A DNA stretch of 64,000 nucleotides from an uncultured bacterium (GTDB lineage: Bacteria; Caldisericota; JANLFM01): positions 30,573 through 94,572 of the forward strand of contig CAZTNW010000001.1 of NCBI GenBank assembly GCA_964614945.1. The letters are read 5' to 3'. Position numbers and translations under genes: made by a program. Position 1 is the stretch's first letter. Every line of letters begins with the position of its first letter. Below are positions 42,795 through 52,324 of the stretch, piece after piece. The notes beneath the pieces were generated by a model, which made no database searches, was not told the origin of the DNA, and worked only from the letters and a program-made list of their open reading frames with translations.

Positions 42795-43508
42795 ATAAAG
42801 GAGCGACTCCCACTTAATCGTTGTCGGATTCTTATCATCAGCGGCCCTTCAGGTTCGGGGAAAAGCGAGATCAGCCTTAACCTTGCTCTTACCCTGAATA
42901 GCACCACTGAGGTAGCGTTGATCGACTTAGATATCGTTAAACCTCTTTTTCGCCTACGCAATCATCGAGCCCAGATTGATGAGTTTGGCCTGCGTCTAGT
43001 TTCACCCGGCGGAGAGTTGGACTCAGCCGATCTGCCAATTCTACCGCAGGAGGCGATCAGGTACCTTTCTTCCCCGCACAGGGCGGTTGTTGATCTGGGA
43101 GGGGAAGCAGCCGGGGCTCGCGTATTGAAGCAGTATCAAAATTTTCTCAAGGGAGGTGACGTCTGCCATTTCTTCGTAGTAAATCCCTTTCGTCCCTTTT
43201 CCCGGACAGCAGGAGAATTAAGAACTCAACTCAACGAGATTGAAAGGAGCAGTGGAGCGAGAATCGAGGGCTTGCTCTCCAATCCGCATTTGAAGGAGGA
43301 GACAACCCTGGAAATAATCCAACAAGGGCATCTCGTGGCCTTGGAGCTTTCTCAGGCTTTCAACTTGCCGATCATTTGCCTGTGCGTGAACGAGGTTTTA
43401 ACCGCTGAGGTCTCTGCGCTGATGGAGATTCCCATTTTGCCCATGAAGCTTTTTATCCAGCCTCCCTGGGTTGAGATGCCTTTAAATTGGAAGGAGGACC
43501 ATGAATAA
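42795..43508 (+). CDS. P-loop kinase-like protein (shikimate/gluconate-kinase-type fold); start codon unresolved
   Basis: The frame is open from 42765 to 43508. It carries Walker A IISGPSGSGKS, followed 17 residues later by ALIDLD. No ATG, GTG or TTG occurs in frame before the annotated TTG at 42918, which would cut off the P-loop. The only in-frame ATT, ATC or ATA codons are upstream of it. Confidence 0.45.
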   Translation: MKERLPLNRCRILIISGPSGSGKSEISLNLALTLNSTTEVALIDLDIVKPLFRLRNHRAQIDEFGLRLVSPGGELDSADLPILPQEAIRYLSSPHRAVVDLGGEAAGARVLKQYQNFLKGGDVCHFFVVNPFRPFSRTAGELRTQLNEIERSSGARIEGLLSNPHLKEETTLEIIQQGHLVALELSQAFNLPIICLCVNEVLTAEVSALMEIPILPMKLFIQPPWVEMPLNWKEDHE

Positions 43509-43737
43509 AGTAAATATTGAGGAGGATTTCTGCAAGGCCTGTGAACTCTGCGTGGCTGTTTGCCCGGTACACGTGCTGGCCCTTTCCAACCGCCTAAATT
43601 CTTTAGGCTACCACCCTGTGGAATTAGTAGACGAGGATGGCTGCATTTCCTGCACTTTTTGCGCCAGGATTTGTCCTGATGCCGCGATCGAGGTCTATCG
43701 CAAAAGCACGGGGCCGAGGCCGGAAAGGAATAAATAA
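43501..43737 (+). CDS. 2-oxoacid:ferredoxin oxidoreductase delta subunit (2x[4Fe-4S] ferredoxin)
   Basis: It has two CxxCxxCxxxCP motifs, at 78 aa. Confidence 0.8.
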   Translation: MNKVNIEEDFCKACELCVAVCPVHVLALSNRLNSLGYHPVELVDEDGCISCTFCARICPDAAIEVYRKSTGPRPERNK

Positions 43738-44801
43738 TGAGCGAGAAGATCCTGATGAAGGGCGCTGAAGCTTGCGCTGAGGCTGCAATCAAAGCAGGCT
43801 GCAGGTTTTTCTTCGGTTACCCGATTACCCCGCAAAATGAGGTAGCTTCTTACATGTCGCGTCGCCTGCCGGAGGTCGGAGGGGTATACCTGCAGGGGGA
43901 GAGTGAAGTAGCTTCAATAAATATGGTATTAGGCGCGGCAGCTGCTGGTGCCAGAGCTATGACCTCTTCGTCTTCTCCAGGCATATCGCTGATGCAAGAA
44001 GGGATTTCTTATATGGTGGGGTGCCAGCTCCCCGCCGTGATAGTTAACTTTGTCAGAGGAGGCCCTGGCCTGGGAGGGATCGGCCCCTCTCAATCCGATT
44101 ACTTTCAGGCGGTTAAAGGAGGAGGACACGGAGATTACAACCTGGTGGTCCTCGCCCCCTCTTCTATCCAGGAGCTGATGGACTTGATGAAGGACGCCTT
44201 CGACATCGCCGATCGCTATCGCAATCCCACCATGGTTTTAGCTGACGGGATAATCGCTCAGATGATGGAGGCGGTCTCCTTCAATTTTGAGATTGATCCG
44301 CCCGCTTTGCCTCCGAAGTCCTGGGCGGTCACCGGGGCCAAAGACAGGAAGAAGAACATCATCAACTCTCTTGAATTGGACCCAGAGAAATTGGAAGCGA
44401 ACAACTGGGAGCTGCAGAAGAAATTTGCCCTCGCTAAAGTGAAAGAGGTTCGCTGGGAAGAATATCTGCTGCAGGATGCCAGCCTGGTTTTGGTTTGTTT
44501 TGGAACGGTTGCCCGGATTGCCAAAAAAGCCATCGATAATTTGCGCGAGCGCGGCATGAATGTGGGGATGATTCGTCCCATCACTCTCTGGCCTTATCCG
44601 ACAGCCCCTTTTGAGAGAGCGATCCCTCATGCCGAGCAGTTTCTTGTTCTGGAAATGAATGCCGGGCAGATGATCGAGGATGTGCGCTTAGCTGTCCAGG
44701 GTGCGAGACCTGTTCACTTTCGAGGCAAGCCAGGCGGGACGATCTTTAATCCATTAGAAGTGGAACGATTTATACTGGAGGAAGCGGTAAAGGAGGCATG
44801 A
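43737..44801 (+). CDS. 2-oxoacid:ferredoxin oxidoreductase alpha subunit
   Basis: It has the POR/VOR/KOR alpha-subunit domains, at 354 aa. Confidence 0.85.
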   Translation: MSEKILMKGAEACAEAAIKAGCRFFFGYPITPQNEVASYMSRRLPEVGGVYLQGESEVASINMVLGAAAAGARAMTSSSSPGISLMQEGISYMVGCQLPAVIVNFVRGGPGLGGIGPSQSDYFQAVKGGGHGDYNLVVLAPSSIQELMDLMKDAFDIADRYRNPTMVLADGIIAQMMEAVSFNFEIDPPALPPKSWAVTGAKDRKKNIINSLELDPEKLEANNWELQKKFALAKVKEVRWEEYLLQDASLVLVCFGTVARIAKKAIDNLRERGMNVGMIRPITLWPYPTAPFERAIPHAEQFLVLEMNAGQMIEDVRLAVQGARPVHFRGKPGGTIFNPLEVERFILEEAVKEA

Positions 44802-45556
44802 TGGAAGCACCAGTTTATACCCCTTTGTATCAACGACCGAAGTCGCTGTCGCTTGTGCACAATAGTTACTGCCCAGGATGCCATCACGGGATTGTACACA
44901 AACTTCTGGCGGAGGTAATTGACGAGCTGGGTATCCAGGAGCGAACCGTGATAATCTCTCCAGTTGGCTGTTCGGTTCGGGCCTACGATTTCTTTGAGCT
45001 GGATTCTGTACAGGCTGCTCATGGTAGAGCACCCGCTGTAGCAACCGGCATCAAGCGAGTCAATCCCCAGACCATTGTCATCACCTACCAGGGCGACGGC
45101 GACCTGGCGGCAATAGGTACCGCAGAAATTATTCATGCGGCAAATCGGGGTGAGAGAATTACCACTATTTTTATAAACAACACCAACTTTGGCATGACTG
45201 GTGGCCAGATGGCACCCACAACGCTGATTGGGCAAAAGACGGAAACCACTCCTTACGGCCGTGACCCTTTGCGCGACGGCTATCCGATTCGGGTAGCCGA
45301 GCTGATTGCCGGATTGACCGGTCCTGCTTATGTAGCCAGGATGGCGGTTTTTAACCCTGCGCAAGCCGTCAAGACCAGAAATTCCTTAAAGAAAGCGCTC
45401 CAAGCACAGATCGAAGGGAAAGGCTTCAGCTTTGTGGAAGTCCTCTCCGCTTGCCCGACCAACTGGGGTCTCTCTCCTATCCAGGCAATCAAGTGGCTCG
45501 AGGAGAATATGGTTTCCTATTATCCCCTGGGTGAATTTGTGGGAGGGCAGAAATGA
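44798..45556 (+). CDS. 2-oxoacid:ferredoxin oxidoreductase beta subunit (TPP-binding)
   Basis: It has the TPP-binding GDG motif and the Cys ligands of the proximal cluster (CPGCHHG). Confidence 0.85.
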   Translation: MMEAPVYTPLYQRPKSLSLVHNSYCPGCHHGIVHKLLAEVIDELGIQERTVIISPVGCSVRAYDFFELDSVQAAHGRAPAVATGIKRVNPQTIVITYQGDGDLAAIGTAEIIHAANRGERITTIFINNTNFGMTGGQMAPTTLIGQKTETTPYGRDPLRDGYPIRVAELIAGLTGPAYVARMAVFNPAQAVKTRNSLKKALQAQIEGKGFSFVEVLSACPTNWGLSPIQAIKWLEENMVSYYPLGEFVGGQK

Positions 45557-46104
45557 CGCACGAGGTGATTTGCGCCGGCTTTGGCGGTCAGGGCGTAATG
45601 CTTATGGGACAATTATTGGCTTATGCCGCGACGATGGAGGGGAAAGAGGCCACTTGGTATCCTTCCTATGGCCCCGAGATGCGTGGAGGCACAGCTAACT
45701 GCCAGGTCGTTATCTCCGATCAGCCCATCAATTCTCCCGTCCTGTCCCTTCCCCAGTCCGTCATCGTGCTCAATCGGCCTTCATTCGAAAAGTTTGCCTC
45801 AACTGTCGCCCCAGGTGGTCTATTGCTCGTGAACCTCTCCCTTGTCGATATAAAATCCAAAAGGACTGACTTGGAAATTCACGAAATCCCAGCCACGGAA
45901 ATTGCCCAGCAGATCGGCAGCACTTTAGTGGCCAATATCATTCTGCTTGGAGCATATTTGGAGAGGATGAAATCGGTGAGATTCGAATCAGTAGAGGCGG
46001 TTTTACAAAAGACAATGAGCGGCAGGAGAGAAAAATTCATTCCCCTCAATATGGAGGCTCTTCATGCCGGAAGAGAGTTTATCCGGAAAAGCACGTCCGA
46101 ATAG
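45553..46104 (+). CDS. 2-oxoacid:ferredoxin oxidoreductase gamma subunit
   Basis: It has the gamma-subunit fold with GFGGQGV, at 183 aa. Confidence 0.8.
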   Translation: MTHEVICAGFGGQGVMLMGQLLAYAATMEGKEATWYPSYGPEMRGGTANCQVVISDQPINSPVLSLPQSVIVLNRPSFEKFASTVAPGGLLLVNLSLVDIKSKRTDLEIHEIPATEIAQQIGSTLVANIILLGAYLERMKSVRFESVEAVLQKTMSGRREKFIPLNMEALHAGREFIRKSTSE

Positions 46105-46152
46105 TCTTTTCACCTGAATCTTCCGATGGAAGGAAATAGGAGGAAGCAGAAG

Positions 46153-47235
46153 ATGGTTTCTTCAGCGCGCCTTTTGGAAGAGTTCTTGCAAGCAATCCAG
46201 ATCCCTTCAGTTTCAGGAGCGGAAGAAAGCTTCGCCCGGTATGTCTGGGAAAAACTTAGACAATTAGGACTGCAAGCGGGTCGCGATGAAGCGGGGAACG
46301 TCTTCGCCGTCCTTGAAGGAGACTCAGCTCGGCGCCCGATTCTTTTCAATGCTCACCTGGATACCGTGCCCACTGGCCCCGTTCATTGCCGCCTGGACGG
46401 TGATTGGATAACGACTGAGGGGAACTCGATCCTGGCGGCGGACGACAAATCTTCGATCAGCGTAATTTTAGAAACCCTGCGAACTTTAGAGGAAAATAGG
46501 GATCCCCACGGCAGAATAGAGATCCTCTTGACCGTGGAAGAGGAAACCGAGATGAGAGGAGCGAAGAACTTCGACCTGGGCCGTTCAATGGCCGAATGTT
46601 TCTTCGTACTGGACTATACGGGAGCGGTAGGAGGTTTTGTGGCCAGTGCCCCATTCGCCAATTCCCTCCGTTTTATTTTCCAAGGCAAAGCAGCTCACGC
46701 AGGGGCTGAACCTGAAAAAGGCATCTCGGCGATCCTTGCCCAGTCCCGGGCTATCAGTAAAATGTCCCTCGGCCGCATCGATCATGAGACCACATCCAAC
46801 ATCGGCACGATGAAGGGAGGAAGCGCAGACAATGTAGTCCCGGATTATGCAGAGATGACCGGCGAAGTGCGCAGCCGGAATAGGGACAAACTAGCAAAGG
46901 TGACGGAATTAATGCGTGTTACGGCAGAGAGAGAAGCCGCCAGGCTGGGCGCCAGTGTAGAGGTCATTGCCCGTGAGGATTACCAGGGATACTGCATTGA
47001 GGATGACGATCCTTCTCTTATCTGGTTAAAGAAGGCGGCCGCTGATTTGTTCCTCGAATTGAAGCCTTGCCACGCGGGGGGAGCTTCCGACGCAAATGTG
47101 TACCGGGCAAGAGGGAAGAGCTCAATCGTGCTTGGCTCCGGTTTTTATTCCCCCCACACCTTTGAAGAAAAAGTATCAGTTTCTGAAATGCTGAAGCTTC
47201 AACAGCTTCTTCACGCTATAATCAGTCATGCCTAA
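46153..47235 (+). CDS. M20 family metallopeptidase (peptidase T-like)
   Basis: It has M20 metal-ligand motifs (NAHLDTVP, DDKSSI, EEETEM). The ATG at 46153 follows AGGAGG. Confidence 0.7.
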   Translation: MVSSARLLEEFLQAIQIPSVSGAEESFARYVWEKLRQLGLQAGRDEAGNVFAVLEGDSARRPILFNAHLDTVPTGPVHCRLDGDWITTEGNSILAADDKSSISVILETLRTLEENRDPHGRIEILLTVEEETEMRGAKNFDLGRSMAECFFVLDYTGAVGGFVASAPFANSLRFIFQGKAAHAGAEPEKGISAILAQSRAISKMSLGRIDHETTSNIGTMKGGSADNVVPDYAEMTGEVRSRNRDKLAKVTELMRVTAEREAARLGASVEVIAREDYQGYCIEDDDPSLIWLKKAAADLFLELKPCHAGGASDANVYRARGKSSIVLGSGFYSPHTFEEKVSVSEMLKLQQLLHAIISHA

Positions 47236-47758
47236 AACGGAGAAGAAATTACAACAGAGCATTGTCTATCGGGGAAATTTTTTGACTGTGGAAAAAGTCG
47301 AGATATTGTTCGCATCCGGGCTACGCACAGAAAGAGAGATTATCCATCACCCCGGAGCTGTCTCCATCCTCGCCCTGAATGAAGAAGGTGACGTTCTTCT
47401 TGTCAGGCAGTTCCGCTCTGCCATAGATGAAGAACTCTGGGAGATTCCTGCGGGAAAGCTGGAAAAGGAGGAGAGCCCCCTCAAATCAGCGCAAAGGGAA
47501 CTCCTGGAAGAAACCGGACACGAAGCCAAGAATTGGGTTCACCTTCATTCTTTTTACCCTTCCCCCGGTTATTCGGACGAGATCATTCATTTATTCCTGG
47601 CGCAGGAATTGAGGCAGAAGAAGCACAAAGCTCAACCCGATGAGGAGATTGAGTGGAAATTTTTCCCCCGTCAGGAACTGGATAATTTTTTGAAACCTGG
47701 CCAGGTGAGGGATGGCAAGACCCTTCTTGCACTCCATTACCTGAAATTGCATGTTTGA
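47228..47758 (+). CDS. NUDIX hydrolase (ADP-ribose pyrophosphatase-like)
   Basis: It has the Nudix box GKLEKEESPLKSAQRELLEETG. Confidence 0.8.
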   Translation: MPKTEKKLQQSIVYRGNFLTVEKVEILFASGLRTEREIIHHPGAVSILALNEEGDVLLVRQFRSAIDEELWEIPAGKLEKEESPLKSAQRELLEETGHEAKNWVHLHSFYPSPGYSDEIIHLFLAQELRQKKHKAQPDEEIEWKFFPRQELDNFLKPGQVRDGKTLLALHYLKLHV

Positions 47759-48938
47759 ACGTGTGATCCTGATCGTCTTGGATGGAGTAGGTGTGGGCGC
47801 TTTACCCGATGCATCTCAGTACAACGATACAGGCGCTAATACCCTAGTGAATGCTTTGCGAGCGGCGAAGAACTATTCGCTCCCTTTTCTGAGTCGGGCT
47901 GGTTTGGGTTTAATTATCGATGAGGGTCTTCTCCCTCAGGAAGAGAGACCTCTGGCTTCCTGGGGAACCATGCGGGAAGCTTCTGTTGGGAAAGACACAA
48001 TAATCGGTCATTGGGAGATGATGGGCCTGAAAACTGAACATCCTTTTCCCACATTCCCTGGCGGATTTCCTGCGGATTGGGTCTCCTGTTTCGAGCAGGC
48101 GATCGAGAGAAAAACTCTGGGGAATCTCGCTATTTCAGGGACAGAAATCCTGAAGCTCTTCGGGCAAGAACATATGCGCAGCGGTAGGCCGATCATTTAT
48201 ACCTCTGCGGATTCCGTCCTGCAAATCGCCTGCCACGAAGAAATTGTGCCCCTCGCTGAACTCTATCGCTTCTGCACGATTGCCCGCTCTCTTCTTCAGG
48301 GAGATCTGGCCGTTCTAAGGGTCATTGCCCGGCCTTTTCAGGGAAGTGAGGGGGTTTTTATCCGAACCGGAAACCGCAGAGACTTTACCCTATCCCCGCC
48401 AGGGTTGACTGTTTTAGACTTACTCTTTCAGGCTGGCTTGAAGGTCGTGGCTCTTGGGAAAATTGCGGATGTTTTTTCCGGCAGAGGTATCACTGTAGCC
48501 GAGCACACTCCCTTCAACCGGGAAACGATGGATGTGACAAGAAAATGGTTGAGATCAGAGAGCAGAGCCTTCATTTTCGTGAACCTGGGGGATTTCGATA
48601 CCCTCTGGGGACATCGCCGTCTTCCCCGGGAGTTTGTACGCTGCCTGGAGCGAGCAGATTCCTTCCTGGAAGAGATATGGGAAGGCCTTACCCCCGAAGA
48701 TTTACTGATTGTCACTGCAGATCACGGTAATGATCCCACGATGACCAGGCATAGTGATCACACGCGAGAGGAGGTGCCATTAATGATTTTCTGGCGAGGA
48801 AAAGTTGGCAGGCCACTGGGCCAAAGAGAGAGCTTCCTCGATATCGGAGAGACCATTGTGACCGCCTTTGGTCTTCAGGAGACTGTCGGCGGGAAAGGAT
48901 TGCTTCCCCTTTTGACAGGCAAACAACCTATTAGGTAG
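47751..48938 (+). CDS. deoB: phosphopentomutase
   Basis: The N-terminus reads MFERVILIVLDGVGVG and it belongs to the alkaline-phosphatase superfamily. Confidence 0.9.
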   Translation: MFERVILIVLDGVGVGALPDASQYNDTGANTLVNALRAAKNYSLPFLSRAGLGLIIDEGLLPQEERPLASWGTMREASVGKDTIIGHWEMMGLKTEHPFPTFPGGFPADWVSCFEQAIERKTLGNLAISGTEILKLFGQEHMRSGRPIIYTSADSVLQIACHEEIVPLAELYRFCTIARSLLQGDLAVLRVIARPFQGSEGVFIRTGNRRDFTLSPPGLTVLDLLFQAGLKVVALGKIADVFSGRGITVAEHTPFNRETMDVTRKWLRSESRAFIFVNLGDFDTLWGHRRLPREFVRCLERADSFLEEIWEGLTPEDLLIVTADHGNDPTMTRHSDHTREEVPLMIFWRGKVGRPLGQRESFLDIGETIVTAFGLQETVGGKGLLPLLTGKQPIR

Positions 48939-48947
48939 TATCCTTAA

Positions 48948-49832
48948 TTGATTATGTGGCACAAGAGGATCGACCTATTGAAATCCGGAAGGACCTTTGT
49001 CCTTATAGCTTTATCCGCACTCCTCTTCCTCTCTTTCCAGCTCTCAGCCAAAGGCCATAACGTGAGTTCGCAGGAATTGGCTAGGGTTGTGCTCACGGTG
49101 CGAACGGCTAGTAAAGAAATATCATTCAATGCTATTAAGGGCGTTACTTTAGAGAAAGCTCTGAACGATCGTGGTTTTGCTCTCGATGAGGAGGACATAC
49201 TCGATGCCCCCAGGAACCTTACTCTGGAAGGAGATAAAACAATCCGCTTGATAGAGGTGGAAGAGGAGATGATAAAGGAGCAGGAGGCGACCCCCTTCGC
49301 ACGAAAGTTCCTGCCTGACCTTTCTTTAGGATTGGGCAAAAGGTCATCTCTGCAGCTTGGTCGGTTAGGAACGATTGAGAAGACTTACCTGCTTCGTCGT
49401 GAGGATGGAAAAATCCTCTCTAAGAAGCTTATCGGCGAGAAGGTGCTGGCCGAGCCTGTCCCTCAGATTGAGTGTGTAGGAGTGATGATCTCGTCCCCCG
49501 AGGAGGCAATGGCAGCTTCTCGTGATTATCCGGCTTCATCGTCCGAGGACTATTTGCTGATGGAAGCCACAGCCTATTGCCCTCTCTCTTCTGAGACGGA
49601 TGGAAACCCCTGGGCTACGTCGGTGGGGCTCCGATCCGGTTATGGAATCGTAGCAGTTGACCCCACAGTGATCCCCTATTTCACCCCCCTTTACATCGAG
49701 GGTTATGGCTACGCGATTGCCGGGGACACGGGAGGGGCGATCAGGGGGGATCGCATTGACCTTTTTTTCTACAGCTGGGAGGAGACAAGTATTTTCGGTA
49801 GACGGCTGGTTAAAGTTTGGATCCTGGATTAA
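48948..49832 (+). CDS. 3D-domain cell-wall-associated protein (YabE/YuiC-like)
   Basis: It has an N-terminal TM helix and a C-terminal 3D domain with conserved Asp residues (AVDPTVIPYFT...AGDTGGAIRGDRIDLFF). Confidence 0.65.
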   Translation: MIMWHKRIDLLKSGRTFVLIALSALLFLSFQLSAKGHNVSSQELARVVLTVRTASKEISFNAIKGVTLEKALNDRGFALDEEDILDAPRNLTLEGDKTIRLIEVEEEMIKEQEATPFARKFLPDLSLGLGKRSSLQLGRLGTIEKTYLLRREDGKILSKKLIGEKVLAEPVPQIECVGVMISSPEEAMAASRDYPASSSEDYLLMEATAYCPLSSETDGNPWATSVGLRSGYGIVAVDPTVIPYFTPLYIEGYGYAIAGDTGGAIRGDRIDLFFYSWEETSIFGRRLVKVWILD

Positions 49833-50671
49833 AGCACAGCTCTCCACGTAATTTTTTCGCTCGCTCAAATTTGAAGCCAAAGAAAAGGCTTGGACAGGTT
49901 TTTCTCCATCAACTCTCGGTACTTGAACAGCCCCTCGCTTATCTTGATCCATCGGCAGGGGCCAGGATTTTGGAAATAGGAGCCGGATATGGAAGCATCA
50001 CCGCGCTTCTGCTTGAACGAGAAGCAAGGGTTTTCGCTCTGGAGATAGATCAGCGTTTTGAAGCGAGCCTGAGAGAGCTGGCGATGCAATATTCCAACCT
50101 CACTTACAGGATTGACGATGCGTCAACCCTTTCCTGGGATCTTTTCTGCCGGGAGGAGCCCTACTTGATTTTTGGAAATCTCCCCTATTATCTCAGCGCC
50201 TCTCTTCTGGAGAAGCTCCTGGAAAAAGAAAAATTATGGCGGAGGTCGGTTCTCCTGCTACAGCGGGAATTCGCCGATCGCCTGGTAGCCCAGCCCGGGT
50301 CCAAAGACTATTCCTCATTGACAGTTCTGACCTCTTTTTATGCCGAAATCCGGAAAGGGCCGACTGTTTCCCACTATAGTTTTTATCCTGTGCCAGCGGT
50401 TGATTCATCTTTTGTCTATCTTATAAGAAGGGAAATTCCCCCCTTTTCCTTCGGGGACTGGCCCCTGTTTTGGCGAATTGTACGCGGCTCTTTTAGCCAC
50501 CGGCGCAAGACCATCCTAAACAATTTGTTGTCCCTTGTGACCCCCAATCTGTCCAAAGAATTCCTAATTCAGAGATTAACAAAGAACGGCGTTGACCCAC
50601 AAAAAAGAGCGGAAGACTTGAGCCTCATGGATTTCCGACTTCTGGCAGGTCTCTTCGAGGATGTGCTCTGA
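49817..50671 (+). CDS. rsmA: 16S rRNA (adenine1518/1519-N6)-dimethyltransferase
   Basis: It has the KsgA motifs (LGQVFLHQ, ILEIGAGYGS, NLPY). Confidence 0.85.
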   Translation: MDPGLKHSSPRNFFARSNLKPKKRLGQVFLHQLSVLEQPLAYLDPSAGARILEIGAGYGSITALLLEREARVFALEIDQRFEASLRELAMQYSNLTYRIDDASTLSWDLFCREEPYLIFGNLPYYLSASLLEKLLEKEKLWRRSVLLLQREFADRLVAQPGSKDYSSLTVLTSFYAEIRKGPTVSHYSFYPVPAVDSSFVYLIRREIPPFSFGDWPLFWRIVRGSFSHRRKTILNNLLSLVTPNLSKEFLIQRLTKNGVDPQKRAEDLSLMDFRLLAGLFEDVL

Positions 50672-50672
50672 T

Positions 50673-51536
50673 ATGAGCCTTAGCGTCTTCAGTGCTCAAG
50701 CTCCGGCTAAGGTGAACCTATCGCTTTCCATTCTGGGTCGAAGGCCTGATGGTTACCATGAGATCGAATCGATCATGCAGACCGTCGACATTTTCGATGA
50801 GGTCTCCCTCTCCCTGCGCAAGGGAGGAATTAAGCTTGTCTGCCAACCCTCCCTCGATTTAGAAGAGGAGGAGAATCTTGCTTACCAGGCCGCGGTTATG
50901 TTCTTCGAGGCGACATCCATCGCTGGAGGGGTGGAGATCTGCGTGCGCAAGCAAATTCCGGTAACTGCAGGTTTAGGCGGGGGTAGCGCGGACGCTGCGG
51001 CAGTCCTCTCTCTTTTGAATCGTGCTCACAATTATCCTTTGAAGCCTCGCGAGCTGGAGGATCTGGGAGCGGCCATCGGTTCTGATGTCCCTTTCGCCAT
51101 AAGGCAGGGTTGCGCATTGGTCAAGGGTAAGGGGGAGAAGGTCTTTTCTCTGAACTCCTCGTTGCCCCTGACCTTTGTCTTAGTGAAACCAGAAGAGACC
51201 CTACCGACGAGATCGGTCTACCTCAACCTTCTACCTGAAGAGACGCAATCTATAAAAAAAACTCAGGAGGTAATCAAGGCTATTTTTTCCGGAGATCTGG
51301 CCTTGCTCGCTCACTCTCTTTTCAACGGGCTTGAGCCCTCGGCTAACAGGCTCGTCCCCAATATTGTGGGGTTGAAGGAGAAGCTTATTTCCCGGGGAGC
51401 GCTGAACGCGCTGGTCTGCGGAAGCGGACCCTCTCTTTTCGGTCTCTTTTCCGAGGCCGCTGCAGCATCCAGGGTCGCCAATCAATTCAAGAGAGAAGGC
51501 CTATGGGCGCGGAATGCTCAGAGTTATCCCTATTGA
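50673..51536 (+). CDS. ispE: 4-diphosphocytidyl-2-C-methyl-D-erythritol kinase
   Basis: It is a GHMP kinase with the N-terminus PAKVNLSL...DGYHEI and the motif GLGGGSADAAA. The ATG at 50673 lies 2 nt after the ksgA stop. Confidence 0.85.
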   Translation: MSLSVFSAQAPAKVNLSLSILGRRPDGYHEIESIMQTVDIFDEVSLSLRKGGIKLVCQPSLDLEEEENLAYQAAVMFFEATSIAGGVEICVRKQIPVTAGLGGGSADAAAVLSLLNRAHNYPLKPRELEDLGAAIGSDVPFAIRQGCALVKGKGEKVFSLNSSLPLTFVLVKPEETLPTRSVYLNLLPEETQSIKKTQEVIKAIFSGDLALLAHSLFNGLEPSANRLVPNIVGLKEKLISRGALNALVCGSGPSLFGLFSEAAAASRVANQFKREGLWARNAQSYPY

Positions 51537-51598
51537 GTTCGGTAATGAGCCAGCAGTGCTGCTGAACTAAGAGGAAGGCCTGAAGCAAGGACCACTCC

Positions 51599-51968
51599 AA
51601 TGTTTCTTGTGGAAAATGTAGATGAAGCTACCGAATGGTATAAGGACGTCTTTGGAGCGAAACCCTAGGCCGGTTTGCCAAAAGAGCCGCCTTTTGAATG
51701 AGCAACCTGATGCTGGGGGATGTAGAAATCATGCTGGCGAGGAAAGATTCAGCGCAGAAGTGGTATTCGGAAAGGCCTCCATTGCAGAAAAACCAGCTAA
51801 TTTCGTTGCGTACATTTATGTGTAAGATGCCGAGAGTCTGTTTCTCAAGATTAGAGGCGAAGCTGAAATCATCCTTGAATTAATCGACCAGTGGTATGGA
51901 ATAAGAGAGAGTTCTCTATACAAGATCCCTTTGGAAATACTCTGATATTCGCTCAGATTTCGACTTGA
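51599..51968 (+). pseudogene. VOC/glyoxalase-bleomycin resistance family gene disrupted by an in-frame stop and frameshifts
   Basis: VOC-like segments lie in three frames (MFLVENVDEATEWYKDVFGAKP*, ...MLGDVEIMLAR..., ...REFSIQDPFGNTLIFAQ). No single ORF is longer than 67 aa. Confidence 0.6.
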
Positions 51969-52120
51969 GTTAAATTGCATTGCCGTTTCTCTCAATATTC
52001 ATTGGCCAGCGCCAGCCATTCTCTATTCCATTAGAACATCGTATATACTGTTAATGTTTTGACCAGGATAACGTCATCGGGGCGCAAGCCAAAGAAACCT
52101 GATGATTGATATTGGATCAG

Positions 52121-52196
52121 GGGCGGATAGCTCAGCGGTAAGAGCGCCTGCCTTACAAGCAGGAAGCCGCAGGTTCAAATCCTGCTCCGCCCACCA
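52121..52196 (+). tRNA. tRNA-Val (anticodon TAC)
   Basis: The cloverleaf has an acceptor GGGCGGA/UCCGCCC, an anticodon loop CUUACAA, a T-loop UUCAAAU and an encoded CCA. Confidence 0.85.
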
Positions 52197-52324
52197 ATAT
52201 TCTGTGCAGATAGACCCTCATGGAATCAGTTTATTTACCCTTGACGGTGTTATTATAATGTTTGCGTGATCAGTGAGGCGAAGGTCTACTTGGGACTTTT
52301 AAACCTGATAGGAGGGGCATTTCA

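Noticed and set aside
52241-52259. TTGACG and TATAAT hexamers upstream of gdhA, considered as a promoter.
   Set aside because: The spacer between them is only 7 nt, so they cannot be a sigma-70 -35/-10 pair. The TATAAT may still act as a -10 with a weak upstream -35.
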